DNA from: Alphaproteobacteria bacterium
GTDB lineage: Bacteria; Pseudomonadota; Alphaproteobacteria; Rickettsiales; JAIXRX01
Direction: 5' to 3'
DNA length: 41,866 nt
NCBI GenBank assembly: GCA_027485005.1
Contig: JAIXRX010000035.1
Span: forward strand, 1-41,866
The notes below the pieces were generated by a model. It was given only the letters and a program-made list of their open reading frames with translations, did not search any database and had not been told where the DNA came from. The position numbers and the translations under genes are program-made. Of the stretch, positions 26,876 through 34,937 are shown in pieces; within the stretch, counting starts at the first letter, position 1, and every line of letters begins with the position of its first letter.

Positions 26876-27442
26876 TCAGACTACCCCTAAGATGCTGGCT
26901 TTGATCGCCTGAATCGTATCAGTAGAAAGCCCTCGTTTTTTAGCGGCCGCCACCGCAGTGTCCGCAGCCTTCTTAGTTGTTTCTTTACGCTCTAATTCGC
27001 GTATCTCGGCAATCTGCTGATCAAAGTCTGATTTGCTGGCCTTCGCGGCCTTTTCTAAAGCGGTGGCTAGGAACATAATGTCTTTCGCATCAAACTTCAC
27101 TTCGTTGCCGTCATCATCAAGGGCCGTGCTTGCCCGCAGAATCATATCTTGCAGCAGCTCCAGATTCATGCGCACCACATCGCTGGCTTGCTTATCGCCT
27201 AAATTGCGGGTTATCGCCTCGGCAATCTGGCGGCTTTCACGGATACGCGCCGTGATCTGTTCAGTCTTTTTAATATGTCGGCCGATGGCTGAACGCGACG
27301 GCACTTCATCCACGGTTAATAGGCTGTTTAATGCCTCTATAATTTGATCAATCGTATGCCCAGCGTCACGCAATGCGCCGATCTTCTCGCGCACTGATTT
27401 TGGCAGTCGGTCAATTGTGCTTGGGCGATTACGGGGAGCCAT
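26876..27442 (-). CDS. Mu gp27-like protein (DUF3486), putative terminase small subunit
   Basis: The N-terminus (PRNRPSTIDRLPKSVREKIGALRDAGHTIDQI) and a helical C-terminal part fit the family. The gene lies upstream of the large terminase. Confidence 0.75.
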   Translation of the reverse strand: MAPRNRPSTIDRLPKSVREKIGALRDAGHTIDQIIEALNSLLTVDEVPSRSAIGRHIKKTEQITARIRESRQIAEAITRNLGDKQASDVVRMNLELLQDMILRASTALDDDGNEVKFDAKDIMFLATALEKAAKASKSDFDQQIAEIRELERKETTKKAADTAVAAAKKRGLSTDTIQAIKASILGVV

Positions 27443-27443
27443 A

Positions 27444-27740
27444 TCAACCCCCTATGCCTGGCTTTTTAACTCCAGCCGCTTCTTCACGTCCTTCTGCTAC
27501 ATCAACACCACGCTGGGTGATATTAACGATCTGGATATGTTCTAACCATTCATCAGTGCATAAACCGCTGGCCACCAGAAAGCGGATATCTTCACGGATA
27601 GTAGCGCGGGATTGGCGACGATGGCCGATGCTTTCCAATGCCGTGTGCAACACAGAATCATTAGCCGATCCACCTGTTTCGGCCAGAATGCGGAGGATGC
27701 AAAGACGGCGGTCAGCGGCCAGATGTTCTTTGAAATTCAT
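27444..27740 (-). CDS. Small winged-helix-like protein (Mu gp26 position)
   Basis: It is 98 aa with a wHTH-like segment (RLCILRILAETGGSANDSVLHTALESIG). Confidence 0.5.
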   Translation of the reverse strand: MNFKEHLAADRRLCILRILAETGGSANDSVLHTALESIGHRRQSRATIREDIRFLVASGLCTDEWLEHIQIVNITQRGVDVAEGREEAAGVKKPGIGG

Positions 27741-28042
27741 CGACCTGCTCCCTTAATGAGAAATTCTTCAATGCGATCCAGTTGGGTCTGCACGCGTTGA
27801 ACCGTCTCCTCAACCCGACGCACATGTCCTTTGGTTTCCGCCCCTTGCAATACCAAGAGATGGTGGTCATGCAGGGTTGGAAGATTGCTCAAAGCAACCT
27901 CGGCCGCCGCCACTCGTTTCTCAAGCGAAAGATGATCTTCCTTGGTTGTGAAGCGGGTTTTGATGCTCCACCAAATCCATGCCACCAACCCGGTAAACAC
28001 CCATTGAATTACATTGCGCCAGTCATTCAGAGTTTCTAACAC
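27737..28042 (-). CDS. Mu gp25-like membrane protein (DUF2730)
   Basis: It has an N-terminal TM segment (VIQWVFTGLVAWIWW) plus a coiled-coil region, and sits just after the spanins as in Mu. Confidence 0.65.
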   Translation of the reverse strand: MLETLNDWRNVIQWVFTGLVAWIWWSIKTRFTTKEDHLSLEKRVAAAEVALSNLPTLHDHHLLVLQGAETKGHVRRVEETVQRVQTQLDRIEEFLIKGAGR

Positions 28043-28490
28043 GGCGTTCCTCCTGTAAGATTTTTTGTAATGCTTTTACTTTTTCAGGGCAGCGCTTGAG
28101 GGCGGTGCGGACGGCGAGATAATCCGGTTCAGATTCTCGCTTAAGTCTGGCTCGTGCTCCATCAGCCACGCCGGAATTTCCGGCAGTGGCGGACATTGGT
28201 AACGGACAGCTGGCGCTGACGAGCAACTCGACAGAGCCATCAGTAAGACCACGGGCAATATGAGATGTTTCGGATTCGGCATGGCGGATATCCTTCAAGC
28301 TGGCTGTTTCGATTTCATGAATGGATCCGCCCAGGGCAGCGGTATCTTTATGCGCGCTTGAAACGGCAGTCGCATCTTGAGCGCTACGCTCTGCATCGGA
28401 CGCCTTGCGCTCCAATCCCTGCCAGTAAGTGGCGACACCAAAACCAAAAACAAAACCCAAGGCAAAGGCGATTAAATATCGTGCAAGCAT
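28023..28490 (-). CDS. i-spanin (Rz-like)
   Basis: It has an N-terminal TM anchor (YLIAFALGFVFGFGVATYW) and a helical periplasmic domain. It follows the endolysin gene and contains an embedded lipoprotein ORF. Confidence 0.75.
   Translation of the reverse strand: MLARYLIAFALGFVFGFGVATYWQGLERKASDAERSAQDATAVSSAHKDTAALGGSIHEIETASLKDIRHAESETSHIARGLTDGSVELLVSASCPLPMSATAGNSGVADGARARLKRESEPDYLAVRTALKRCPEKVKALQKILQEERRVRNSE
28076..28282 (-). CDS. o-spanin (Rz1-like lipoprotein), fully embedded in the i-spanin gene in another frame
   Basis: It has a signal peptide with lipobox LMALSS|C, and the mature part is short and Pro-rich (CPPLPEIPAWL...SPSAPPSS). Confidence 0.75.
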   Translation of the reverse strand: MPNPKHLILPVVLLMALSSCSSAPAVRYQCPPLPEIPAWLMEHEPDLSENLNRIISPSAPPSSAALKK

Positions 28491-29056
28491 ATGCGAACCT
28501 CCACTTTGCGGCGGTTTATCAGCCCTTTGCTAATTCTTTTGTTGCGGGCGGGCACAGCACATTGACCAGTGGTATCGCCTTTTCCCTTGGGTGCTACCTC
28601 GCATATCCATCGGTTCATCTGCATGCAGGCAGCTTCATATTGCCCCTGGTTAAGCAGGCGAATAAGGGTGGAGGTTTGCATTGCGCCTATGCCCACGTTG
28701 TACGCCCAACTGATAATGGCAGCCTTCATCGTTTCAGGGATTGGCACTTTGACAGCGCGCTCAACCGCTCGCTTAAATACACCCAAATCACCATTAAGCA
28801 GCTTGTCGCATTCTGGCTGTGTCAGCGTCTGACCTGGACGAGCGGTGGCGGTATGCCCATAGCAGATTGTATCAATGCTGGCCGTGTCTTTGTAGGTGGA
28901 GAGACTCAAACCCTCCAGCGTCATCAGCATAGCCAGTGCTATACCTGCAGCGCTACCTCCTGAAAGCATGGCCACAGACAGCGATACTTTCCCCGCGCAG
29001 CAATGAAAGAGCTGACGGCATAATTGGAGAAATTTAAAAGCATTTACATGTGGCAT
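28472..29056 (-). CDS. Endolysin, T4-lysozyme-like (GH24) with SAR-type N-terminal domain
   Basis: The catalytic context LEGLSLSTYKDTASIDTICYGHT (E-D-T) is preceded by a weakly hydrophobic Gly/Ala-rich segment (LSGGSAAGIALAMLM). Confidence 0.85.
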   Translation of the reverse strand: MPHVNAFKFLQLCRQLFHCCAGKVSLSVAMLSGGSAAGIALAMLMTLEGLSLSTYKDTASIDTICYGHTATARPGQTLTQPECDKLLNGDLGVFKRAVERAVKVPIPETMKAAIISWAYNVGIGAMQTSTLIRLLNQGQYEAACMQMNRWICEVAPKGKGDTTGQCAVPARNKRISKGLINRRKVEVRICLHDI

Positions 29057-29091
29057 AAACGCGATGTTACGCGCTCACGCGAAGGCATGGC

Positions 29092-29111
29092 ATTGTAGCG
29101 GTAGCTACAAT
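29092..29111 (-). promoter_or_regulatory. Late-promoter activator dyad ATTGTAG-N6-CTACAAT (P_lys candidate)
   Basis: The 7-bp arms are perfect, and the dyad is followed by GCC and then exactly 32 nt to the endolysin ATG. It lies in the 81-bp gap right after the Mor-like gene. Confidence 0.6.
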
Positions 29112-29137
29112 TTCAATAATAACAGGGGCGGGTTATT

Positions 29138-29512
29138 CTAAAACAGATCGTATTGATCTTTAGCAGCGGAGGCTTTTATGACCCGATAAACCACGCTACG
29201 GTCGGTGCCGATGATACGAGCAATCCGGTTAATCGGCACCCCATCATTATACATACGCAGAATGCGGGCATTGCGGCTGGGCCGCACTGGCACGGTCATC
29301 ACCATACCACCCCATATATCAGACAAGCGCTTTGCCGCCTCTAGGCCAATGCAATACGCAATTGGGCCGCTCTCTGTTGCCCGCAGCGGGATAGAAATAG
29401 CTGCCCCACCAAAATCGACTGACAGCTGCTCGAGCGCATCGTCACCGATCAACATACGCAGTCCATCGGTGGTTGGATTATCTGGTAAATCAAGGTGATC
29501 GTAATCAGCCAT
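29138..29512 (-). CDS. Mor/C-family transcriptional activator
   Basis: The C-terminal HTH (RNARILRMYNDGVPINRIARIIGTDRSVVYRVIK) is characteristic of Mu Mor/C. I chose the start at 29512, 1 nt after the preceding stop. Confidence 0.85.
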   Translation of the reverse strand: MADYDHLDLPDNPTTDGLRMLIGDDALEQLSVDFGGAAISIPLRATESGPIAYCIGLEAAKRLSDIWGGMVMTVPVRPSRNARILRMYNDGVPINRIARIIGTDRSVVYRVIKASAAKDQYDLF

Positions 29513-29513
29513 C

Positions 29514-30203
29514 TTAGTTACCTGCAGCCATTTGTGCACGGCATTGAACGCCGAGGTCTTCGATGGTTTTATCCAGGTCAGCTATATCCATAAATTCTGG
29601 TTGAAAATCTATCGCCTTACCAAGCAAGCGATATTGCGCATAGATTGTCGCTGCCTTTGCCGCGATAGCGCCGTAACTCACATCAGCTGGGCGGCTGTCA
29701 ATACCACGCATCACGCGGGCGCGCATAACGGTATCAATCATGGCAGCATCTGGATTCATCCAGCCGATACGGTTTAGCCAGCCCAGCAACCCACGGATAA
29801 CGGCATCAATTTGATGGCTGCGCATCCATTGTATTTTTTCTACCTTTGCCATGCGTAAGCAATAGGCCTCCAGATTTTTCTCAGAGCCGTCATGAATAGC
29901 GCCAAGGTGGTAAAGGTTCAACCAAAGCGCCCGCACCCGTTTGATCTGTGGATCGTTTGGCAAAAGACGCGGCCCGGCGCGGAAGGTGGTTGTTTTGAAA
30001 CCGAGGCGTTCAAACTCTTTGAGCACCGCTTCCAGTTCTGCGCCGGACATATCCTTGGTGCTTTCTTTCCCGGTGATGCGCACCAGCAAGGCACGATAGC
30101 TTTCATCCACCATGCAAAGCTTTGATTTGCCAATGTGGATTTTAGCAATCATGCTTTTGCGATTGCTATCGGAAGCCGCGCCGAAACTCATCACCTTTCC
30201 CAT
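29514..30203 (-). CDS. GemA-like protein (Mu gp16, DUF1018)
   Basis: The sequence IAKIHIGKSKLCMVDESYRALLVRITGKESTKDMSGAELEAVLKEFERLGF is typical of DUF1018. Confidence 0.75.
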   Translation of the reverse strand: MGKVMSFGAASDSNRKSMIAKIHIGKSKLCMVDESYRALLVRITGKESTKDMSGAELEAVLKEFERLGFKTTTFRAGPRLLPNDPQIKRVRALWLNLYHLGAIHDGSEKNLEAYCLRMAKVEKIQWMRSHQIDAVIRGLLGWLNRIGWMNPDAAMIDTVMRARVMRGIDSRPADVSYGAIAAKAATIYAQYRLLGKAIDFQPEFMDIADLDKTIEDLGVQCRAQMAAGN

Positions 30204-30204
30204 T

Positions 30205-30804
30205 TTACACCGCCGCAAAATCTAGAGTGATGGAGTTCCAAGGGGACAGCAGATTAGTGCGGCGATAGAACCGCACATATTGCTTGGTAGATACCACGCG
30301 CATCGAATCATTGATCGCCTGCATGGCCTGCGTCCACTGCTCGTCCTTGATATCCAAGCGGCGTAGACCGAGAATGTTGCCACGATTGACGCGGCCTTCT
30401 TTGTCTACCGCAAAGGCATGATTGACGATGGTGAGGATGGTGGGATTGACACCGCCGCTGTGAGCTTTGATGCATTCGTCAATCAGCCCCTTGGCTATTT
30501 GCAGCTCAGGGCCAAAAGCGATTCCGTCTGCTACCTGCACCTGCACTTTACTCAGGCCATCGTAGGATTGCAGAGTGAGGTTGCCTTTTTTGCCACCCTT
30601 AAGCAGCCCGTATTTTTCAGACAGCAATGCTAAAAAGGCGTCAATGTCATCAAATGCGGCCGCCTTGAAATAGGTAAGTTCGGCATTGAGCTTGGTGGCC
30701 TGACCAAACAGCTGCGCCACAAGCTGGTCTTCCAGCTTGTGCTCCGGCTTCACCATTTCTACTGGTACCAGATGGCCTTTATCGTTTGTCATATGTGTTG
30801 TCAT
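30205..30804 (-). CDS. DUF3164-like Mu-early-region protein
   Basis: It is 199 aa and resembles the conserved DUF3164 family found in transposable phages. It is not Gam-like. Confidence 0.55.
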   Translation of the reverse strand: MTTHMTNDKGHLVPVEMVKPEHKLEDQLVAQLFGQATKLNAELTYFKAAAFDDIDAFLALLSEKYGLLKGGKKGNLTLQSYDGLSKVQVQVADGIAFGPELQIAKGLIDECIKAHSGGVNPTILTIVNHAFAVDKEGRVNRGNILGLRRLDIKDEQWTQAMQAINDSMRVVSTKQYVRFYRRTNLLSPWNSITLDFAAV

Positions 30805-31097
30805 GCGTTGTTCCTTTCAGTCTGGTTATTGGCTCGGCGCTGGCGCTCAAGGCGGATGTCGTACACATTTGGCCCTTCATGGATAAGAGAGGGGTCGATG
30901 TTGATTTTGCCTTCCAGCTGCTCAACCACTTTGCTGAGGTCTCCTAGGAAGGCGATGATGCCAACCCATTCATCGAGTGGGATGGACAGGTTCATCTCCT
31001 CATGTCGCAAATCTCGCGGCGGCATGTAACGGGACATGATTTGCTGGACACGCTTAATTGCGCCAGGAACGGTACGATTAGGTGATGTATTATTCAT
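30801..31097 (-). CDS. Hypothetical early protein (98 aa)
   Basis: The ORF is tightly overlapped with its neighbours in the early operon. I recognise no motif. Confidence 0.5.
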   Translation of the reverse strand: MNNTSPNRTVPGAIKRVQQIMSRYMPPRDLRHEEMNLSIPLDEWVGIIAFLGDLSKVVEQLEGKINIDPSLIHEGPNVYDIRLERQRRANNQTERNNA

Positions 31098-31470
31098 GAC
31101 GTTTCCTCCCGCAGGTGTTATGCGCGCATCGACGGCATTCCCGAAAGAGTGCGACCGCCTGGTGATTGGCTGGTGAATAGGGTGAAAGCTGATGCTTCAT
31201 GCAGATAGGCCCATCAATCATGCCCAAAATCGGGCACTGCACTTGCTGGGCGTTAAAGGCCGCTTCAACGCGTGCTTGAACCTGCATTAAATCGCCTGGG
31301 TAACGATTTTTAAGCACCTGATTGACCAGGCTCGCCGAGCGACCAATCTTGCGGGCGGCGTCCGCCTGCGTGTGCTGATCTGCATACTCAGCCAATCGCA
31401 TCACCCATTCAGGTAAGGTTGGCACCCAATGCTCTTTTGCCAGAGCCATGGCGCTTACAACTGGCTTCAT
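31090..31470 (-). CDS. HTH DNA-binding protein with Cys-rich C-terminal part
   Basis: It has an HTH (QADAARKIGRSASLVNQVLKNRY) followed by C-x10-C ... C-x2-C-x4-C. An ATGA overlap links it to the upstream gene. Confidence 0.6.
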   Translation of the reverse strand: MKPVVSAMALAKEHWVPTLPEWVMRLAEYADQHTQADAARKIGRSASLVNQVLKNRYPGDLMQVQARVEAAFNAQQVQCPILGMIDGPICMKHQLSPYSPANHQAVALFRECRRCAHNTCGRKRHE

Positions 31471-32024
31471 GCTGCACCTCCACGCCAAACTATTTTTTCG
31501 GCGTTAGGATCGAAAACCTGTTGCTTGCGTTTGTTGACCTCTGGGGCAAGCGGCCCACTGTTGCGGCCTGGCAGAAAGATATATGTGGCACCTTTGCCGG
31601 GATACGACTCCTGCGCCACCTTGATATATCCTGACAGGCGAAGGTACTTTAAATACTCTTTAGCCATTCCCAACTCACAGAATGCGACCAGCGCCACATA
31701 GCGTGCATCGAACTGCTGCGCACCGAACACTCTTAGGGCTGACCAGATGCGCTGGCGCGCAGACGGCTCCATTGGTTTTCCATCTTTGTCAATTCGCGGC
31801 GCGAGCTGACCGACATCGCGCACCAGAGTATAGACATTGGGTTCGGCGATCTTGCCGATTGTCTTTTTCTCCAGATACCCATGCTCTGCCAAGCGATCCA
31901 GATATGATCGGATGCTTGATGTTTCGTGGCCTGTGAGCACATAAATGTCTCGGCAGGTGAAGGTGCGTAGCTTGCGGATTGCAACCCACACCCCTTGTCG
32001 TGATTTAATATGACGTACCCACAT
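31467..32024 (-). CDS. Hypothetical protein with two winged-helix-like repeats
   Basis: There are two similar segments (SSIRSYLDRLAEHGYL and MAKEYLKYLRLSGYI). I chose the start at 32024, just after the MuB stop. Confidence 0.55.
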   Translation of the reverse strand: MWVRHIKSRQGVWVAIRKLRTFTCRDIYVLTGHETSSIRSYLDRLAEHGYLEKKTIGKIAEPNVYTLVRDVGQLAPRIDKDGKPMEPSARQRIWSALRVFGAQQFDARYVALVAFCELGMAKEYLKYLRLSGYIKVAQESYPGKGATYIFLPGRNSGPLAPEVNKRKQQVFDPNAEKIVWRGGAA

Positions 32025-32026
32025 GG

Positions 32027-32776
32027 CTAGAATCTCCGAGCTTGAGGTGGGGTAGCGGAATGAAGAGGGCGCTTGCCCCATTCTTTCAGACCAACTTCCG
32101 CCCACTCATGCCCTGCGGCCTCGTCATAAATACGATCTAGGTTGGTGACAATACGGCGCACGCTACCATGCGCATCGTTCACGATCTGCTCCAGAAGGTC
32201 GTCTTTGATCGTAATGGCAGGGACAAAATGCTTGGCCAGAATGCGGCCATCTTCCATATTGGCAGGCACCGCTTGCGCCCAACGTAATACGCGGCCATGG
32301 AAGCGCTCCCAGCGGCGTAGCTTTTGTGGCAAGGCCTCTTCACCGATCAACACGATGGGAGCTTTGCTTTGCTCATAAATGTCGCGCACCAGCTCCACCA
32401 GATTGCGGTCAACCAGGTTGTCGGCTTCGTCGATCAACAGCGGTCGTTGACTAAGCGCCAGTTCCTCGCTCACTTGATCTGTCATCGCTGAAATTGTCTT
32501 GGCGGGTTGGATGCCCAGCTGCAGCAGCACAGCTTCTAGGAAGGCTTTCTTTGTCCAGACACTGCGCACCTCAACATAGGTTGCGCCGTATTTAGCGGCG
32601 ACAGATGCAACAGCAGTTGATTTTCCGAAACCTGATGGGCCGCTAAATGTAACGATACCCGGAAGATGTGCCGCACGGTTTATGGTGTGGAGCAGCAGCT
32701 CGTTCAGGATGGTGATGTTGCGCAATGGCGCAATCCCGCCAGTGCTTGGATTGACCTTTTCTTTTTTTGATGTCAT
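32027..32776 (-). CDS. MuB-like AAA+ ATPase (DNA transposition protein B)
   Basis: It has Walker A (GPSGFGKST) and Walker B (LLIDEADNL) and lies directly downstream of the transposase gene. Confidence 0.85.
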   Translation of the reverse strand: MTSKKEKVNPSTGGIAPLRNITILNELLLHTINRAAHLPGIVTFSGPSGFGKSTAVASVAAKYGATYVEVRSVWTKKAFLEAVLLQLGIQPAKTISAMTDQVSEELALSQRPLLIDEADNLVDRNLVELVRDIYEQSKAPIVLIGEEALPQKLRRWERFHGRVLRWAQAVPANMEDGRILAKHFVPAITIKDDLLEQIVNDAHGSVRRIVTNLDRIYDEAAGHEWAEVGLKEWGKRPLHSATPPQARRF

Positions 32777-32801
32777 AATGTGCTCTCTCTGTTGAAGTTA
32801 A

Positions 32802-34937
32802 TTACATGGGTGGGACATCCAGCGTTGCATCGCTGGGTGTTTCATTCAGCAGCATCTCTGCTGCTGGAGCGGCGGTTAGTTCATCCGCATCTATTTCTTC
32901 TGGCCACCACGCACGGTCGCTGACACGGCCAATCCACTTACGATCACGGTCGCTAATGCCTTCGCCACGGGCCACACTGGCAGCAATGGCGCGCACGCGC
33001 TTGGCCCATAACTCACGGTCACTAAACGCCACCTCTTGATCATGCACGGTGGCTTGGCGGGCGGGCTTTTGAAGTGGCAATATTTCTACGGCACGGGATG
33101 CTTCATCCATTGCATGGGTGCTGAACTCTTCCACGCGCTGCGGGAATGACAGCACCTTGGTGTCAGCGTGTAGCGCCAGCAACCCATCGGCCAGTTCCTT
33201 TTTGTTCAATCCACGGCGGATACGGTTCAGCTCTTTCTTGCTTTCGCTGATCAGATTGGCCTGCGCCGCTTTTAGCTGCGCAGCGAACTGCATCGGATCG
33301 ATACCAATGGTTTGCGGGTTAATCGCCTCAAACAGGTAATTGCTGTTTTCATCGAAAGCATAGACCCGGCCAAGGTCAGCCGGGTCATGCCGCACCAGCA
33401 CGTCTTTCCCAATATACGGGAGCAACGCTTCGCTGATGTAAGACAGGCCATCCACGCGGATGCCTGATTTCGTAATGCGGCGCATGCCACCGCCTGCCGC
33501 GATAGGGGCAAGCAGCAGATCAAGGGCGCGCTCGCTAGCGGGTTTTTGTACTGGATGCGGCCATTGCGCGGCGCGCTCATTGGGTGACATCTTCAAGGCG
33601 GAATGCACCGCATTGCCATATTTACCAGCTGCCCAACTATCGAGAGCAACTTGCAATTCTTGAGCGGTCATGCCCACTGAGAATGCAGCAGCATCGCTCT
33701 CACCCATGCGGGACGCGAAGTCTTTTTGCTCACGGATACGTTGGCGGTGCGCCACGCTATGGCCAGAGAAACCCGGCAGGATGGCCATCAGGTCGCGCTG
33801 CATGGTGCCAATCACGCGCTCAACAAATGGCTTTTTCTCTGGCGAGTATGGCGGTGAAATCTCTTGCAAAATGCCCACGCCAGCCAGTGCCATTGTAAAG
33901 CGGCGGCTCACAAAGTCAGCGCCATTATCGGTCTTGATCGTTTCTGGTTTGCCCCATGCCATAATGGCCTTACGCACCAGCAGCAGGGAAGCCTCGGTTT
34001 TCGCGGTCTTGCTCACACTAAACATGGCGCGGCGGCTCCATACGTCGATCAGCGCATAAATGCTGTAACGGCCATCGCTGCAAATCGCATCGGCGGGCGA
34101 GGCATCGATCTGCCACATCTGGTTGAGGCCAGTGATATGTGCATCTGCATCACCCACGGCCACCTTGTGGGTGTTTTTGTATTGCCCAGGTGAAGTCACA
34201 GCCATGAACAGTGCGCTGTTCTCCTGTTTCCATTCCACGATATGGCGCTCAAAGGCGCGCAAGGATGGCAGCGGGAAACACCGCCCATTAACATCCAGCA
34301 TCGTACCAAACTTCATGCGCACAAAATCGCGCAGATGCCCGCCTTTATAATCGCGGTTATCAGTCAGCAGGGCAGCAACATACTTGGCCACAGCACCACC
34401 GCAGGCGCGGCTTAATATGCTGGTGCCTTTACGTTTGCCATAGCGACCGCCCAGCAACTCTGGCTGCGTGGTGGCGGCTTTGCACCAGCGGTGCAGCGTG
34501 CGGGTGCAAAGCTCCGGCACCACACAATAAGGCATTTTATGAGGTGTCATAGCGCGTTCCACGCGGTACTGCGCAAGAAATATCTCCGCACCATGATGGG
34601 TCGATATCCCATTCAGGCGGCAGAAATTTTGGTAGCTTGTCACAATCATAAGCTTGGCCAACTGGCGGCCTTGCTGGCCGTTTGGCTTTGTTTCTTCAAG
34701 CTGCACTGCCGCCATTTGAAGCTTCGGCGTTTCCGCCGCCACCTTTTGCAAAATGGCATGCTGCAATTTTGCAGGCAACATGGTCAGCGGATAGATACGG
34801 CCACCGCCTTTGCCTTCACGTTTAATAGATGGCCAGCCTTCTTTTTTGGCGCGGATGTTTATCCTTTGCTCTGTACCTGGCAAAACATCTAGATTTAACC
34901 CAGCTAACTCTCGTGCGGTGTAGTGCTCCCTGATCAT
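32802..34937 (-). CDS. Mu-type DDE transposase A
   Basis: It has an N-terminal Mu-like DNA-binding domain (YTARELAGL) and a DDE core (WQIDASPAD, IKTDNGADF, PFVERVIGT). I chose the start at 34937 (SD GGGGAG, ATGA overlap with the upstream ORF). Confidence 0.9.
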   Translation of the reverse strand: MIREHYTARELAGLNLDVLPGTEQRINIRAKKEGWPSIKREGKGGGRIYPLTMLPAKLQHAILQKVAAETPKLQMAAVQLEETKPNGQQGRQLAKLMIVTSYQNFCRLNGISTHHGAEIFLAQYRVERAMTPHKMPYCVVPELCTRTLHRWCKAATTQPELLGGRYGKRKGTSILSRACGGAVAKYVAALLTDNRDYKGGHLRDFVRMKFGTMLDVNGRCFPLPSLRAFERHIVEWKQENSALFMAVTSPGQYKNTHKVAVGDADAHITGLNQMWQIDASPADAICSDGRYSIYALIDVWSRRAMFSVSKTAKTEASLLLVRKAIMAWGKPETIKTDNGADFVSRRFTMALAGVGILQEISPPYSPEKKPFVERVIGTMQRDLMAILPGFSGHSVAHRQRIREQKDFASRMGESDAAAFSVGMTAQELQVALDSWAAGKYGNAVHSALKMSPNERAAQWPHPVQKPASERALDLLLAPIAAGGGMRRITKSGIRVDGLSYISEALLPYIGKDVLVRHDPADLGRVYAFDENSNYLFEAINPQTIGIDPMQFAAQLKAAQANLISESKKELNRIRRGLNKKELADGLLALHADTKVLSFPQRVEEFSTHAMDEASRAVEILPLQKPARQATVHDQEVAFSDRELWAKRVRAIAASVARGEGISDRDRKWIGRVSDRAWWPEEIDADELTAAPAAEMLLNETPSDATLDVPPM

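Noticed and set aside
30205-30804. A possible Gam (host-nuclease inhibitor) homologue, suggested by its position before the GemA/Mor genes.
   Set aside because: The sequence does not resemble Mu Gam (a Ku-like, coiled-coil N-terminus). It looks like the DUF3164 family that is common in transposable phages.
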